Numbered from the whole stretch's first letter, positions 1 to 12,763 are shown. The stretch is 57,519 nt of DNA, filler included, from Asterionella formosa (GCA_002256025.1; 4 parts of 4 records of this genome joined end to end with filler, not necessarily neighbours in it); one strand, 5' to 3'. Numbers and translations: made by a program. Notes: a model not told the origin generated them from the sequence alone.

Positions 1-109
1 CTGGCTGCCCTGCCAAAAACAGTTTGATTGTCTGTAGGAAAAGAAAAAGGTTTGCAGAATAAGTTCATGACTGACCACTGTTCCATTTCCACACAGCACA
101 AGCAAGACA

Positions 110-458
110 GGAGTTGTACCTGTGCCCGCCATTTCATTTCTTGTTGCTGTCGTTGTTCCGGTTTTGGCAGCACTTGGAGTTGTACCTGTGTACGCCTTTT
201 CATTCCTTGTTGCTGTCGTTGTTCCTGTTTCTGCATTGACTGGAGTTGTACCTGTGCACGCCTTTTCATTCTTTGTTGTTGTCATTGTTCCGGTTTTGGC
301 ATCGACTGGAGTTGTACCTGGTGTGCCTGCATTTTCATTCTTTGTTGTTGTCATTGCTCCCGTTTCTGCATCGACAGGAGTTGTACCTGTGCCCGCCTTT
401 TCATTCCTTGTTGCTGTTGTTGTTCCGGTTTTCTTGGCATCAACTGGAGTTGTGCCTG
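110..458. repeat. Minisatellite, about 5.3 copies of a 66-69 bp unit
   Basis: GGAGTTGT(A/G)CCTG recurs at 110, 176, 242, 308, 377 and 446 (periods 66, 66, 66, 69, 69). One minus-strand frame reads GTTPVDAKTGTTTATRNEKAGT repeats without stops. Confidence 0.9.
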
Positions 459-1453
459 ATGCCGTGTTTTCATTGAAAAACCAAAAGCTACAGCATTGAA
501 ATGCATGCGAAAGGATTCTTGTCTCATTTTCTGTGCACCACCAACACTGACAGTGGCATTGCCATGATCATTGGATGAAGATGTAGAAACGTATGAGAAT
601 TCACTCACCACATACTCTTCATTACTACTGTCTTCATTGCGATTCTTCTTCTTTGAAGAATTCATCTCAAATCAGAGGAGCTTTTCTGGTATACAATTAC
701 AAGATGAAGGGCTGCTGTGAGCAAACAATAGATTTAGTTGTGCATTTACTTCTATTGAAGATTCACTGCAAGTAGGTAGGTACACGTTGCTACAGGGAAG
801 CATTTGACAGGAGAGATTCCTATCACTCGCTCGTCCTGCTGCTATCTAAATAAATCTAAGTTTTGATAGAGAAAAGAGGTTTTGGGTGAAATAAAAATTA
901 CCCAAAAATTAGATAGGAGGAATCATGAGGCCTGCGTCAGAAATATATTTACTTAAAGCTAATTTATTTTAAAGAACAAAATTACTCACCAGATTTTGTG
1001 TGCTTATATCATTTCAGCTGCATGAAAAGATTCAGCTGAAATGACGTAACAGATCGATGGTTGTTTCACCAGTCAGTATGATACATTCATAGGAAATGGT
1101 GACGTAAACTTTGCCCCTGACTAGCGATGCAACCATGGCCACAACGTTGCGACACTCCGGGTTGGTGCAGAAAGAACGTGCTGACTAGGTATAGCTGCTA
1201 CATGTACCAGGTAGTACATTTATGTGATGCTCGCTGCTCTCGTTATCAAACGGGCGATACCCAAAGCCGACGTATGTTTACGGAGACTGTGGACGAGCCT
1301 ACGTTGATGTTTACCTTAAAAACGAAGTTATTTCTTTTTCTTTTTATATACCGGTGTTTTCCTTCCTTTTCACACCATACAAAGCCTTTGCATTTCTCAT
1401 TGAACTGATAACATTTATCGTAGACTACCTGATACCCTAACTTCGAATTCACC

Positions 1454-2006
1454 ATGAGATCCACTAGCCTTTGCCAAATACTTGCGCTTTCCTTCGCAAG
1501 CCCCTCCGACGCCTACTGCAACCTCCCGGCGTCGCATCGTACCAACACTGCGCTGAAGGCAGAATTGGGCGTCCCCCCTCACTTTGGCCGTCGCAAGGCC
1601 CTTCACTCTCTGCTGGGAGGAGCGTTCGGTATTATTACCGGTGTCCCTGCGGCGCGTGCTCTGGATATGGATGCATTTGCTAACAGTCAGGTACGTTACT
1701 TCTGTGACTGCGAAACTTGACAGTCAAATCACAATAACCATTCCTTCACCATCGGAACCACTGTCCGTCTTGTCTCACCCCACTACTACCATCCTGTTTC
1801 AGCTCGAAAGCGATTCAAAGAATTGCAACCCAAAGCTTGATCCAAAGTGTTTTCCAAAACTAACTCAAGATGAAGGATTGTGCAAGTATGGTCAGAGTGG
1901 CAGTACTGCCCGCGCTGAAGCATGCAAACGTGTCAAGGCACAAGGGGGTGACCTACCCAGTAACAAGCCTCAGGGAAAGAGCCTTGGCGGCGCTTACGCT
2001 ATGTAA
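1454..2006 (+). CDS. Small plastid-targeted protein, probably thylakoid lumen (2 exons, 146 aa)
   Basis: Exons 1454-1690 and 1803-2006 with a phase-0 GTACGT...CAG intron (1691-1802). Signal-like N-terminus, then twin-Arg RRKALHSLLGGAFGIITGVPAARA ending in an AxA site. Mature part has four Cys. Confidence 0.8.
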
Positions 2007-2128
2007 AATAAATCACTTGTTGTGTGACGAGTTTTCAAGAAAAAAAGATCTTAATGTATTGTAAGACACTTAGAAAAGCATTCCGGAGTGACCCTGGGCC
2101 ATTTCACGGCCACATACATGTACTGCGT

Positions 2129-4616
2129 TTATGATCCCTTTCGCGGATCCGATGGCCTTACTAGAGGAGGGGGTCGGCGGGACGGACTAGTGAACACCCC
2201 GTGGATTCCCGTTGCTTTCGAGAAAGCCTTTCGAATTCTTCGGAGAGGAACATTGCGGCGGTGCGGTGGATTACTTCCCTCAGATCTCGGAGGCCCTTTT
2301 ATTGGGGGCTGCGGTTTGTTGGCCACAATCGTGTCGTTGAAAGTAGGAGGCAGAATAGGTTCGGAATCAATGAATTCCTCAGGCGGCATCAGTGTGCTTT
2401 CCTTCTCCGTTTCGCAATTGACTGATTCGTTTTCGTCGTCAATGTTGACACAGTTGCCCGGCGATGCTAGCATGTCGAGTGCTTCCAAAACCGGAGGCAC
2501 GGTATATTCGTTGATGAATTCTACCGGTACTTCCATGCTCACTTCGACTGCATCTAGTGCTCCTACTTCTCTGGTCGTCTCGTGTTCAGATAAACGCTCG
2601 GCTTGCTTCTCAACATGAAAAATTTCTTGTGCTAGCCGGATCTGTTCCAAAGCCTCGTTTTCGAGACGTTCTCGTCCAGCTTCCTTCCAAGCATATTCGT
2701 CAAGATATTGACGTTGTTCGCTCACGGTGGATTCAAGTTCAGATGCCTTGTACTTCCATTCTTCAATGACATCATGCAGTCCACCAACGTCGTCTTCCAG
2801 AGAAACTATTTTTGACCGTAACATGTCGCTTTGAATAATCAAATTGTCTCTCTCGATTTGAAGTTGCGCTTTGTCGCTTTGTATGGCACTTCGTTCAGTG
2901 ACCAATTCCTCAAGCAGTTTCTTGAGTTCATCATGTTCAGCAGCATATTCAGCGGCCTGTTTTCGAAGAATTTCGCATTCGTTTTGCACTTCAACTGATT
3001 GCTGCTTGATTGAATTGCACATTTGTTCTCGGATTTCAATGTCCCGACGAGCAATAGCGAAGGACGCCAGGCGCTCTTCAAGCTTGTCAACATACGTTCC
3101 AATCATTGTGAGATTGGATTCGGTCTCATTAATGGCCAGTTGCTTTTTCGATATTACTTCCTTCAATAGCGAGACTTCCTTCTGGTGCGTTTTTATCAAC
3201 GAATTCACTTCATCCTTTAGTGCGTTGACGTGCTCACGAGCACTTCGTAAATCGTCAATCAATTTCTGCGTCTTTGGAGCTTCATCTGCCATTTCTTTCT
3301 GTAGCTGCCTTAATGCTGCCTTAAGAACCAATTTATCCTCCTCAAATACAGCCACACGATCATTGAGTTCATCTATGAGCTCATCTCGAGACTCTACCAT
3401 TTCCGATATAGCTGAGTTGTTCTGCTGCAGAATGGATAAAATGGCTTCGAGTTCATGGACATTATCTCGCTCCGTCTGCAAGGCCCTCAACAACGTGGAT
3501 CTCGCAAGTTCCTGTGACGCGTTGTTGATTTAGTTCAAAAATCTTTAGACCGTACAGTAGCCGTGCATAACATTCCAAATCCCTTCAACTTACCTGTAGG
3601 CGCTCTTCCTCGCCATCAACACCGTCACCAATTCCGAACAACCATGCAAAAAACCCACGTTGCTTCTTCTTTCTCATTCTTTCAGCCACATATCGATCTC
3701 GCTCATCGGCAAGTCGAGATTTCTCAACAATCGTGGCAAACTGCTCTACTTCAGCATTTCTGGCCTTTACTTGAGCCATCATTTCCGTGAGTTTTGCCTC
3801 ATCCGATAAATGCCTAGCAGTCAGATTTGCACATTTATTCTCCCACTCTTTTATTTCGTCTTGAAGTACAGCAAGTGCATGCCCCAACTCAGTGCAATTC
3901 GCTTGATACTCCAGTAAAGCATTTTGTTCCGACGCTGTTTGAGCTTCGACGTCCATGACTCGTTCAGTCAAGACGTCGAGCTGCCGTACGTGCAAATCCT
4001 CTCTTTGTTGAAAGGTGGCTATAGCTGACGTAAGATTTTGCACATGACCAAGGAGCTCGGATTCTCTGGTCAATGCCTCGTCTAATCCACGTTGTAAACG
4101 CTGAAAATCATCAATGTCCTCGCCCTCTTGGGGATAAAATGATTGTTGCTGATGCCAATCTTGTGGCGGTGGTGTCCATGCAGGGTCTGGTGGTGGCATC
4201 CAGCCAGGCCCGCCGTATGAGTACGGGTTGAAACCACCCCAGAACTGTGGTGGGGGAAGTTCATTCAATTGGTCTTGTCTATTTTCACCTTGTTCCGAAT
4301 GTTGCTGTGCGTCGGATTTGTCTGTTTTTAATTCAGGAAGCGGCGGAGGCGGCGGTGGTAGCTTTCTCTGTGCCTCTCGAGATGATGGCGTTGTTGATCT
4401 GTTCGATGGATCGTACCTTGGATCAGCTGGAGGTAGCCGATTCATAGGCGGCCGAACCATTCCACCAGGCGGCGGTGGTGGTCTATCGTCGTTCCGTTCG
4501 TCTTTGCCAAACCCAAATATTCCAGCCGTCAATGGTCTTGCCCGACCTTGACAACTGGATAAAAGGAGAGCCAACACGCCTGTTAGGACCACCAAAGTCT
4601 TTCCTGACTCCCTCAT
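2129..4616 (-). CDS. Signal-peptide, Pro-rich, long coiled-coil protein (2 exons)
   Basis: ORFs 3585-4616 and 2129-3493 join through a GTAAGT...CAG intron (3593-3512), giving EEERLQ|ELARSTLLRALQ. Hydrophobic N-terminus, polyPro tracts, heptad-rich middle. Confidence 0.85.
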
Positions 4617-5136
4617 TTTTCATGAATGGGTGCGAACTAGTTACTTTGCTTCCAATTGCCTACCGTATCTCTATCTCTTCTTTGGTCTCTCTACTCCCCT
4701 TGTCCAAAGGGTTTGTCATTTTTGCTACGTTCGCCTGTCCATCTCATGTACGTATTTAGCATTTCTGTACCGAGATATTTCTCCACCTTCCACGTGTTTC
4801 GATTTCCCGATCATGATTGCATTGGTGTTTTAAAACGGGAGATTCGATGAAACTACCGCCGGTACGAACTCTTGCATACCGGTAGTTCTTTGTCGATAAA
4901 TCAATTGTAACTTGACAGCTGCCCTTCTTCACCTCCAGTAGATCCGATACCAGTTCCGGTACTCAATATATCCTTTTGCAACGTTATGCAAGCCAATCAA
5001 ACAATCAAAACCAAGATTCTAGGTTAGTATGACCGAGTCAACTACCTCAATCCTTGTAATGTTGGTAACCTAATACTTAATAGTTATATATTCCAGATCA
5101 CAGAGCACTCTGATACACCTAGGCTTTCATCAAGAT

Positions 5137-5796
5137 TCAGTCCTCATTACTGGCATGGCATAAACTCTGGAGAGCAGAAAGAAAACTGCTTGCCCCCTGC
5201 AAAGCCTTCTCATCTTTTCGAGCTTGAACCATCTGCTCCTCTAGGTCCTGGCTCTCGTGCTCAAGTCTCCTGGTTTGCGTTCGCAGTACCAGTAGATCAT
5301 CTCGTAGCCCTTGAACGGATGACTGAGTTTGTCGAAGCTCAGTTGTCAGATTGACATTCTCCAGCACCAAACTGCTCTGACGGTAAATGTTTTTTTCTAC
5401 GGCAGCACTCCATGTGATCAATTGCCGCTGTTCTCCACATGAGAGCTTGTCATCCGCTGACTTCTTGTCGTCATGAAGATAGCTATGAACTTCATCAGCA
5501 AGTACATGCCCCACGGCAGTCAGTTCAGTCCATCGTTGTTTTGGATTAGATTCAAAAGGATAATGACTTAGTGGCCGTTTCTTCGAGGCTTGTTTTTCCT
5601 CCTTCAACATTCGCGGCTGGTTGTGATTTGGTTTGGCCCTTTGTTTTGGAGGTTGGAGTTCCGTTTCTGAATGGGCATTATCAGTAGCGACTTCCTTTTC
5701 CAACTTGGGATGGTGCTTCTTACTCTTTCTTTTTCTCGTCAATTCAAGGTGCTTCAATAGTGACATGGATTTCTTTGGTGGAGGGAACGACGACAT
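5137..5796 (-). CDS. Hypothetical protein with basic N-terminus and C-terminal coiled coil
   Basis: Open frame from ATG 5796 (MSSFPPPKK). NLS-like RKRKSKK and C-terminal heptads LTTELRQTQSSVQGLRDDLLVLRTQTRRLEHE. Confidence 0.65.
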   Translation of the reverse strand: MSSFPPPKKSMSLLKHLELTRKRKSKKHHPKLEKEVATDNAHSETELQPPKQRAKPNHNQPRMLKEEKQASKKRPLSHYPFESNPKQRWTELTAVGHVLADEVHSYLHDDKKSADDKLSCGEQRQLITWSAAVEKNIYRQSSLVLENVNLTTELRQTQSSVQGLRDDLLVLRTQTRRLEHESQDLEEQMVQARKDEKALQGASSFLSALQSLCHASNED

Positions 5797-7565
5797 GGTG
5801 GGACAAATACGCGAAACGAAGTCCGAGGAAATCAATGCACCAACACAGCTCAATTTCAAGGATTTGTCCGTTGTTGAAATTGTATAATAAGATGTTCGTC
5901 CGTCGTATGGAGAGCGACGATCAGATTGATAGAATGCTCGTCTCTTCTTGTATGCAGTCCTCGTCTATATCGCTATCGTCATGGTTCGTTTCTGTTTCCA
6001 CACCATCATTTCGTTTCAAGCTAAAACAATAAGTACATACGCAGCATTAGGGGTCTCTGTCCAGTATTGTTTTATCAAATTTCCCCAAAGAAAAATGTTG
6101 CTGGAATTGTGCCCCTCGCATGCTGCGTGGTGTCGTATCATGTGGTAAAGTACCAGGGTAGCGAGAGCAAAGAAGGATCGAGAGGGTTTACAACTTCTGG
6201 GGAGCTCGAAAGTAGGGAACTCAAAAAATTACAGAGGGCATGCATTATGAGTGGTGCAAACAAACCTAATGGGGTTGAGTGGTTCAGCAGGACTAGAAAC
6301 ATGCATGAGTCACAAGTAGACCATGACCACATGATTCAATGCCTAGAACAAATGGGCTTAACAGGATATAAGCGGACACTGGGAAACCATGATGAAACTT
6401 ACTAGGCTACTAGTACCACCACCAGCCAGTTAGCTACTGGATAAAGTGATCTTCTAAGAATCTAAAAGCTCTCATTACTGATTGCCTCTGAAGGTCAACC
6501 CTCTCGAAACTGTAAATTTTTGAACCTTGGTCTGCATTGTTGATAAGCAAGCACTTGATCAGGCTTGGCTAATTCAGTCTGTTTACATACAACAAGAGAA
6601 GAATGGCTGAGCTTTTCCCACCTGCCATGCTGACCCTTTTTGTGAAACCAGCAACTCCCTCTGGGTGAGAACACCAATTGCGTCAATTTGCAGTGACTCC
6701 AGTGCCAAGAATCTTATGAAGCTTATTTTTAGGACAGATTATTTAGAAAATATACCATTTTTCTACGTGAGGGTTGGCTTGCTTACTCGAAGAATTTAAA
6801 GTTATTTAGACATGAGTGTAAACTCGCAATCACTACTAGCTAATTAAGTTATTAACATCTAAATAAATTGTTGTTCTAGTACTGTTATATCCTACATTGT
6901 ATTATGTATGTAGGGATTAGATGGTCCGAAGAAAAATCCCTCCTCATGTATCTGCATTTTGCTCGAGATGGCTATAAGTGAATATCGAAAAAGCCCAAAA
7001 ACGTTTTTGAAATGTAGTTGCCGATTTCAAATTAACTAAAAATACATTATTTGGAAACAATGCAGTCAACGGGCCTACCAAGACAAAAGTGTTGGAAGTG
7101 GACATGATTACAAACTACGCAACTCCAATCGCAACACCATTTGATGCTGTGAGAATCCGAAAAAGATTCCACAACAACTCCTGCAATAATAGAAGGAGGC
7201 AAAGCAGGCCTTGTCATAACCGCCTGGTAAACTCAAGATCAGAGAATCAGCGAATAACTAACAAATCATTCAAAACAAACAATGACAAACTCTTGACGAC
7301 ACACACAGCACATTCTGTGCAATCAAGGCTCCATTAGCCACCATGACAACATAGACTACCTACGCTGGGTGCGGTATGGCTGCTGACTGAAATTTTCCAA
7401 GAAAGTTCAAAAAACACTTAACATGTTCGGCATGGTTATCCAAGAGGAAAACTGACAAAAATAATTTATCATCATGTTGCAACTGTGCAAATCACGAATG
7501 AAATCACTGGTTAGTAAGCACACCAAGAAATGAAGAGATTTGTATTAAAATGCCTTTCTCTTGAG

Positions 7566-7650
7566 TGGGGGGGGGGGGGGGGGGCGGCGGGGGCGGGGGG
7601 GGGGGTGCGGGGGGGGGGGGGGGGGGGGGGGGGGGGGCGGGGTGGGGGCA
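7566..7650. repeat. Poly-G low-complexity tract
   Basis: About 85 bp of almost pure G; may be a sequencing or assembly artefact. Confidence 0.8.
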
Positions 7651-8823
7651 GGAGTAGCATGAGAAATGATGTTATATTTTGCTTTCATGACATCTGGTGC
7701 CACGCACAGGAGTGTCAACTCGAATCTTGGTTTCATTTTATCTGGAAAGTAACAATTGTTTTGTTGTTTGCAAAGGTAGACCACCAACTAATGTTGTCAT
7801 TTTTTATTATTGCTTCTTTCTATTCAGCTGGAGGCATGCATGTTGGGGGCTCGGATTTGTAATGCTGGATCGAGCAGCAAGCAAGTTATTATTCAATGTA
7901 ACCCAAGCTTGATTGGCAACAGCCAGCTCTATGCTGTACGGCTTGTCGGCTTGTGGCGAATTGGGCAAGGGATTATTATCCTCATCCCATGCTTAAGACA
8001 TTTGATCAACAATATCATCCATGTCAAAAGAAAAACTGGCACAGCTCACTCTATTCCTTGCTGGTGAGAAGTTTCTCTCGAACAAGCCCATTTTGTTCAA
8101 GGCTGTCACTAACTTACCAGTATGATGTGCCAAACATCATCTCAATCCAGATACAACATTGGTTGCAGGTGCATCGATTTATTGGAGGAGCAGTAAGTCA
8201 ATCAAGGATAAGGAAGGACGGAACTCTGTCATTACAGTCCCAGGCTCCAATTCTATCAGCAGTTTTCAACATGTATACCAACATCTGTGGTGATGCTACC
8301 AGTTTTAGAAGGTACGCATTTGCTTGCCATTGAAGATGAAAGTTGATCTCATTGAATATTGTCTTCCCCTTCCAGTATGCTAGCTAATTCCAGAAATGTT
8401 CACACTGCAGTCTTTTGCTGTGAGGCCTCCAGTATTGTCCATTCAATGCGTTGTTGGAAGTCCGTGTCACTGCTTGGAACTGCCCTTTGGAAGTCCATAA
8501 TGGTTGGTATCATCATCATTGTTTGCATTTTTTACCTCCAGCAAAACGCAGTTGAAATGACATGTGGCCAGAGAAGAGACTATTTGCGCACGATACAACA
8601 GAATTTTGAGTTGACTTATCTAGCTATACCTTGAACAATCGTAAATCGCATTAGCCAGTGGTAGTCTACATTTACCATATACACATATACACTTTGTCGC
8701 CCAGATTGAAATAAAAACAATGATGATCTCTCACATCCAGTCGATTGCACCTTCCGTCCTTGTAACTGAGAATCCCTATTCCCATGCTGAACTTGTTCAC
8801 ATTACATTTATTTCGCCCCATAC

Positions 8824-10545
8824 CTAAACAGATGTCAAATCATTGCAGTACTTTTGCTTTTTGCTTCCCACAAGGTTACTTGCGTCGTCTGAATTAACAG
8901 CATCCAGTGGCCGCTTTGATGCTATGGTTCCATAACCATTCGACATCCTTGCATTCTTGTGGTTAGTATCTCCTGTGAGTCCCGCAGATAGGCCGATCAC
9001 TGTATCCCCCAAATCTGTATCTGATGGCTCACTATCCAATTCTATCCCACCTGTATATTCATTATCGGCACCTGTTGTTTCCGATTGTCCAACTGCTCCA
9101 CCGTGTGCAGCATAAATAACGTTTAGTCTCTGCAAGCTTTCTTCGGCCTCAATTTCCTCGATACGAGCGTCGTCCTCGGCTTGGAGCCTTCCAGCCAGCT
9201 CAGACTTCGCTGCGTCTGTTGCTTCCGTTTTGAGTCGCTCATCTTCGTTCTCAATCGCAATTATCGCAGCTTTTTCCTCGTCTTCAGCTCGAAGAGCTTC
9301 CTCATCTCGATATCTAATAAAAAGATTGAGTTGGTAACGGAAACAATTTTGCAAAATATTCCATTTGTTTGAGCCATCGAGACGATAGTACCTTCGCCCG
9401 TCGTCTTCCTCAACAAGCAGTGCCGGCCCCATTAACGACTCGTAAAATTTTTCCGCTCGTTCACTCTTTGGAGGGTGCACGGCTATTGCTTCGGCACCGT
9501 ATCGCATTGAAAGAAAGATGACGTGACAAAAAATCAAGGTGGCAACCCCATTATATTCCATTTCTTCAGTAGGTAAGTTGTCGAGGAGGTCCCGTCGCAT
9601 TTTGACTTCTCTGTTGATTTGAGGCACAATTCGAATACCGCGGATGAGTGTTACCCTCACTCTTCTATCCTCCCCAATAAAATGTCGGTCCAATAAGTTT
9701 CGCTCAATATAGACGACCCCCAGTTTCTTTCCGTCCAAATCACAGAGTTTGTGCATCTCACATCCCTGATCAAACGTGTGACACCTTCTCACCCACCACC
9801 CGGCCCACACTTCGTCGACGTACGACAAATATTTATCTCCAGAGTCGTACCACATGACAAGGCTCCCTCCATCTGTATTGCATATTCGCTCAACGGAACC
9901 GCAACTAACTTTATCCCGATGTTGCATAAAAAGGAGGTGTCCCTTGCTGATTAAACTTAGTAAGCGAGGAGCCTCAGTGAGGACGTCTTCGTCCATTGAA
10001 TTGTATTCTGCGATCACTGGTTCCAGCACATTCTTTCGCAGAGCTTCTCCACACGCATACTCCAGTGGTTGTCCGAATAGTGCGACACGCTCTACCTCCG
10101 TAATAATGGTGCTTGGATCACTTGATACCTTGTGGATGTCCTTCGACACGTCCTTTGTATCTATAGCATTCTCGGGGTCTGCGACCAAAGTCGAGTCTTC
10201 TGGTTCCATACCTAAAATGGATCCGTTTACATGCTGCTGCGCATGTCTAGCTTGTGCTGAGAAAAGCGATGAGCTGGAGTTGCATACCGTGTCCAGCTGA
10301 AGGTGTCGGTTTGTTTCGGAACGAGTCGCGGCTACATTGTTTGAATTTTCATCTAGAGAAGCAATAGCAGTATAAGACGAAGTCGACACCACACTCGGCA
10401 AGCTCAGGAGTGATTGCACGGCGAAGCGATCTTGAGCCTCATGGGCTGCACTAGGTAAAGGAAGCAACTGCACTTTTTCCCCTCGAGGAATCGGCACCGG
10501 GCCAAATGCAGCCCGACCTCTTCCTGGTCGATTCCCACCAAACAT
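8824..10545 (-). CDS. Hypothetical 573-aa protein with a probable GNAT acetyltransferase-like domain
   Basis: Single long ORF. Segment YNGVATLIFCHVIFLSMRYGAEAIAVHPPKSERAEKFYESLMG resembles GNAT motifs A/B. Acidic C-terminus with a bipartite NLS-like KR...KKQK. Confidence 0.75.
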   Translation of the reverse strand: MFGGNRPGRGRAAFGPVPIPRGEKVQLLPLPSAAHEAQDRFAVQSLLSLPSVVSTSSYTAIASLDENSNNVAATRSETNRHLQLDTVCNSSSSLFSAQARHAQQHVNGSILGMEPEDSTLVADPENAIDTKDVSKDIHKVSSDPSTIITEVERVALFGQPLEYACGEALRKNVLEPVIAEYNSMDEDVLTEAPRLLSLISKGHLLFMQHRDKVSCGSVERICNTDGGSLVMWYDSGDKYLSYVDEVWAGWWVRRCHTFDQGCEMHKLCDLDGKKLGVVYIERNLLDRHFIGEDRRVRVTLIRGIRIVPQINREVKMRRDLLDNLPTEEMEYNGVATLIFCHVIFLSMRYGAEAIAVHPPKSERAEKFYESLMGPALLVEEDDGRRYYRLDGSNKWNILQNCFRYQLNLFIRYRDEEALRAEDEEKAAIIAIENEDERLKTEATDAAKSELAGRLQAEDDARIEEIEAEESLQRLNVIYAAHGGAVGQSETTGADNEYTGGIELDSEPSDTDLGDTVIGLSAGLTGDTNHKNARMSNGYGTIASKRPLDAVNSDDASNLVGSKKQKYCNDLTSV

Positions 10546-12593
10546 GATTTACTATATACGATCTGAAGACAGCTGAATATACTGGGTGCTTTCACAAATC
10601 AAAGAATTCTGCACGATGTATCAAAATGTAAGGAGAAAAGGCTTCGTCGCAAACTAGTTTGTTGGCAGCATATGTAGATCGCAGCAAAGTGGCCTTTCAA
10701 ACAATATGTTTGGCAGCTGCATTACCTTGTCGCCGTGCTTAAACCCTCGAAGATCACACGAGTCGGGCCGACCCAAGGAAATTTTCTACCTGTGGTTTAG
10801 TACAAGTGTTCGTTGGAGCACTGGCTCGACGAACATGCGTTCCCTTCTCCTCATCAGGTTCACGACCATTCTGTCGACCTTCCTGCCAAGATTAAGCGCG
10901 GCCGGTGTCCTGGATGTAATAATAATAACATACAGCCTCAAAGAGCGGTATATACCGGTAACAGGTACTGCAATGCTGACGCGACCTGGCTTGTCCACCA
11001 GGAGGAGCATTGATGACTCGGAGTAGCCATGCCATATTCTCCGGAATGTCGCATCGTGCTGGGTAGGCAACTTGGACATGGTACCAGGTGCCAGGCACCG
11101 TTAAGTACCAGTTATCCCAGGTACTTGTTGCGTATAAGTGTGTTGCTGCATACATTTCACATGCCGGAATGTAGAGCATCATGCCAGGACACTTACAACA
11201 TGTTGTACCCTGCAGAGTAAAATATTGTATGCTTATCTCTATTTTCTCCTGATTTTGACTCCATCAAGGCAGAATTTGAGGGTACCAGGTATAGTCAAAT
11301 TGTAATTCTGCTTGTGCATTTGAAAAATATAGAATTCATGCTAAGCATTTCTTGAGCCCCTTCCCTGGCTGTAACTAACATTACAAGATTGATCCATGAA
11401 AATGCTTACCACTGAGTCAAAATTTTTGATGAAGTTGTATTCCAGAAATCATTTTGCATACTTCATGATTGGAGCATTGGGCAATAGTAAATTCCTACAT
11501 AAAATTAATAAATCCATGATAATATATTTCTTTATCCTGGGGAATAGCACTAGCTTAGGCCCTGTCTTATGGTGCCCCAATTACGAAGATTGAGTTGACT
11601 GGATAACCTGTTGGGTGTTTAATCTTCGTATTTTCGTCCCTCACGGACTAAAAAACTCGCAAATCCCCCCCGATTACAAAGATTAATCTTCGTTCGCCCG
11701 AATATTTCGAGAGTCATCCCTGATATTGACCCAATCTTCGTATTTTCTTGAACAATCTTTGTTTCCCAAAGATTAATATTCGGGCAAATGAAGATTGTCT
11801 CCACCAATCAGAATGGCGGAAACAATATATAATTGTCATCACATATACTGATGATATAGTATTCGATAGTCTGTTAAGCGAAAAAGAATGAAAAGACCTC
11901 TGAGTCGTCATTGTGATGGTAGGGAGATACTGGTGGTGGGAGAGGAGAAAGGATATAGGCCGATGTGAATGCCGATCACGACCTTACAACAACAGCAACG
12001 ACAACAATGGAGCATTGAGTGTTGACGATTTTCATTATAATTAATTACTATAATATTCCTACGGATGAGACTACCAATTTTCATGACAATTGTCGAGTTC
12101 TTTAACAATAGTGTACTATAAAATTTACTTAATAACTTTTTATTTCTTTATCCTCTTAAACAGCAGTCAATGATAAATGCAATGAAATACATGGCACATC
12201 GTTGTTTCTCTTGACATTGTCACTTCCATTTTCGTCATCATTTCTCTGCTGAAATTCTTTAAAGGTCATTGCAGATATGCCCAACATTGGCTACATGAGG
12301 TCTGACTCACATGAACCACAATTTCCAGGAACAGCTACCATTTATGTCATGTTTCAGAAATTAAAAATGTTGCAATTGGCCAGTACTGAGGGGTGATTTT
12401 CACTTAGCATGATGGAGTAGCAGAGAAAACATTTATTGAGCCATATTTAGTTATTTATGTCAACTTTTATGATGTTACTGCCCTGGCATCCAATCCTATC
12501 CATAATGGCAAGTGCCTTATGTGTGATGAGGAAAAATTATGGCAATGGAGTCTTGGGTGTATCTTGGGGGTTGGAGCGATTTGAGATTGCTTC

Positions 12594-12763
12594 ATGGGAA
12601 GGAGGTTGTTAGTTGCAGTTTGATACTCTTGGAAGAGAATGTGCCTGCTGTGGTCCTATTAGGTGTCCAGCCAGATACGCAATGGGAAGGAGGTTGTTAG
12701 TTGCAGTTTGATACTCTTGGAAGAGAATGTGCCTGCTGTGGTCCTATTGGGTGTCCAGCCAGA
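12594..12763. repeat. Near-perfect tandem duplication, 88 bp period, 2 copies
   Basis: ATGGGAAGGAGGTTGTTAGTTGCAG...GTCCAGCCAGA starts at 12594 and again at 12682. Confidence 0.9.

Noticed and set aside
110..458. Possible CRISPR-like array
   Set aside because: Whole units are similar with no unique spacers, there are no cas genes, and the context is eukaryotic.
28..459. Cys-rich ORF resembling a metallothionein
   Set aside because: It is one frame of the 66-bp minisatellite and starts at TTG; the Cys content follows from TGT-rich sequence.
2088..3533. Long plus-strand ORFs of 176 and 220 aa
   Set aside because: They are antisense shadows of the coiled-coil gene.
7530..7862. Poly-Gly and poly-Pro ORFs
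   Set aside because: They are products of a poly-G tract that may be a sequencing artefact.
7830..8640. Coding-like composition on the minus strand
   Set aside because: Many stops and no recognisable motif; it may be an old relic, but I cannot support a call.
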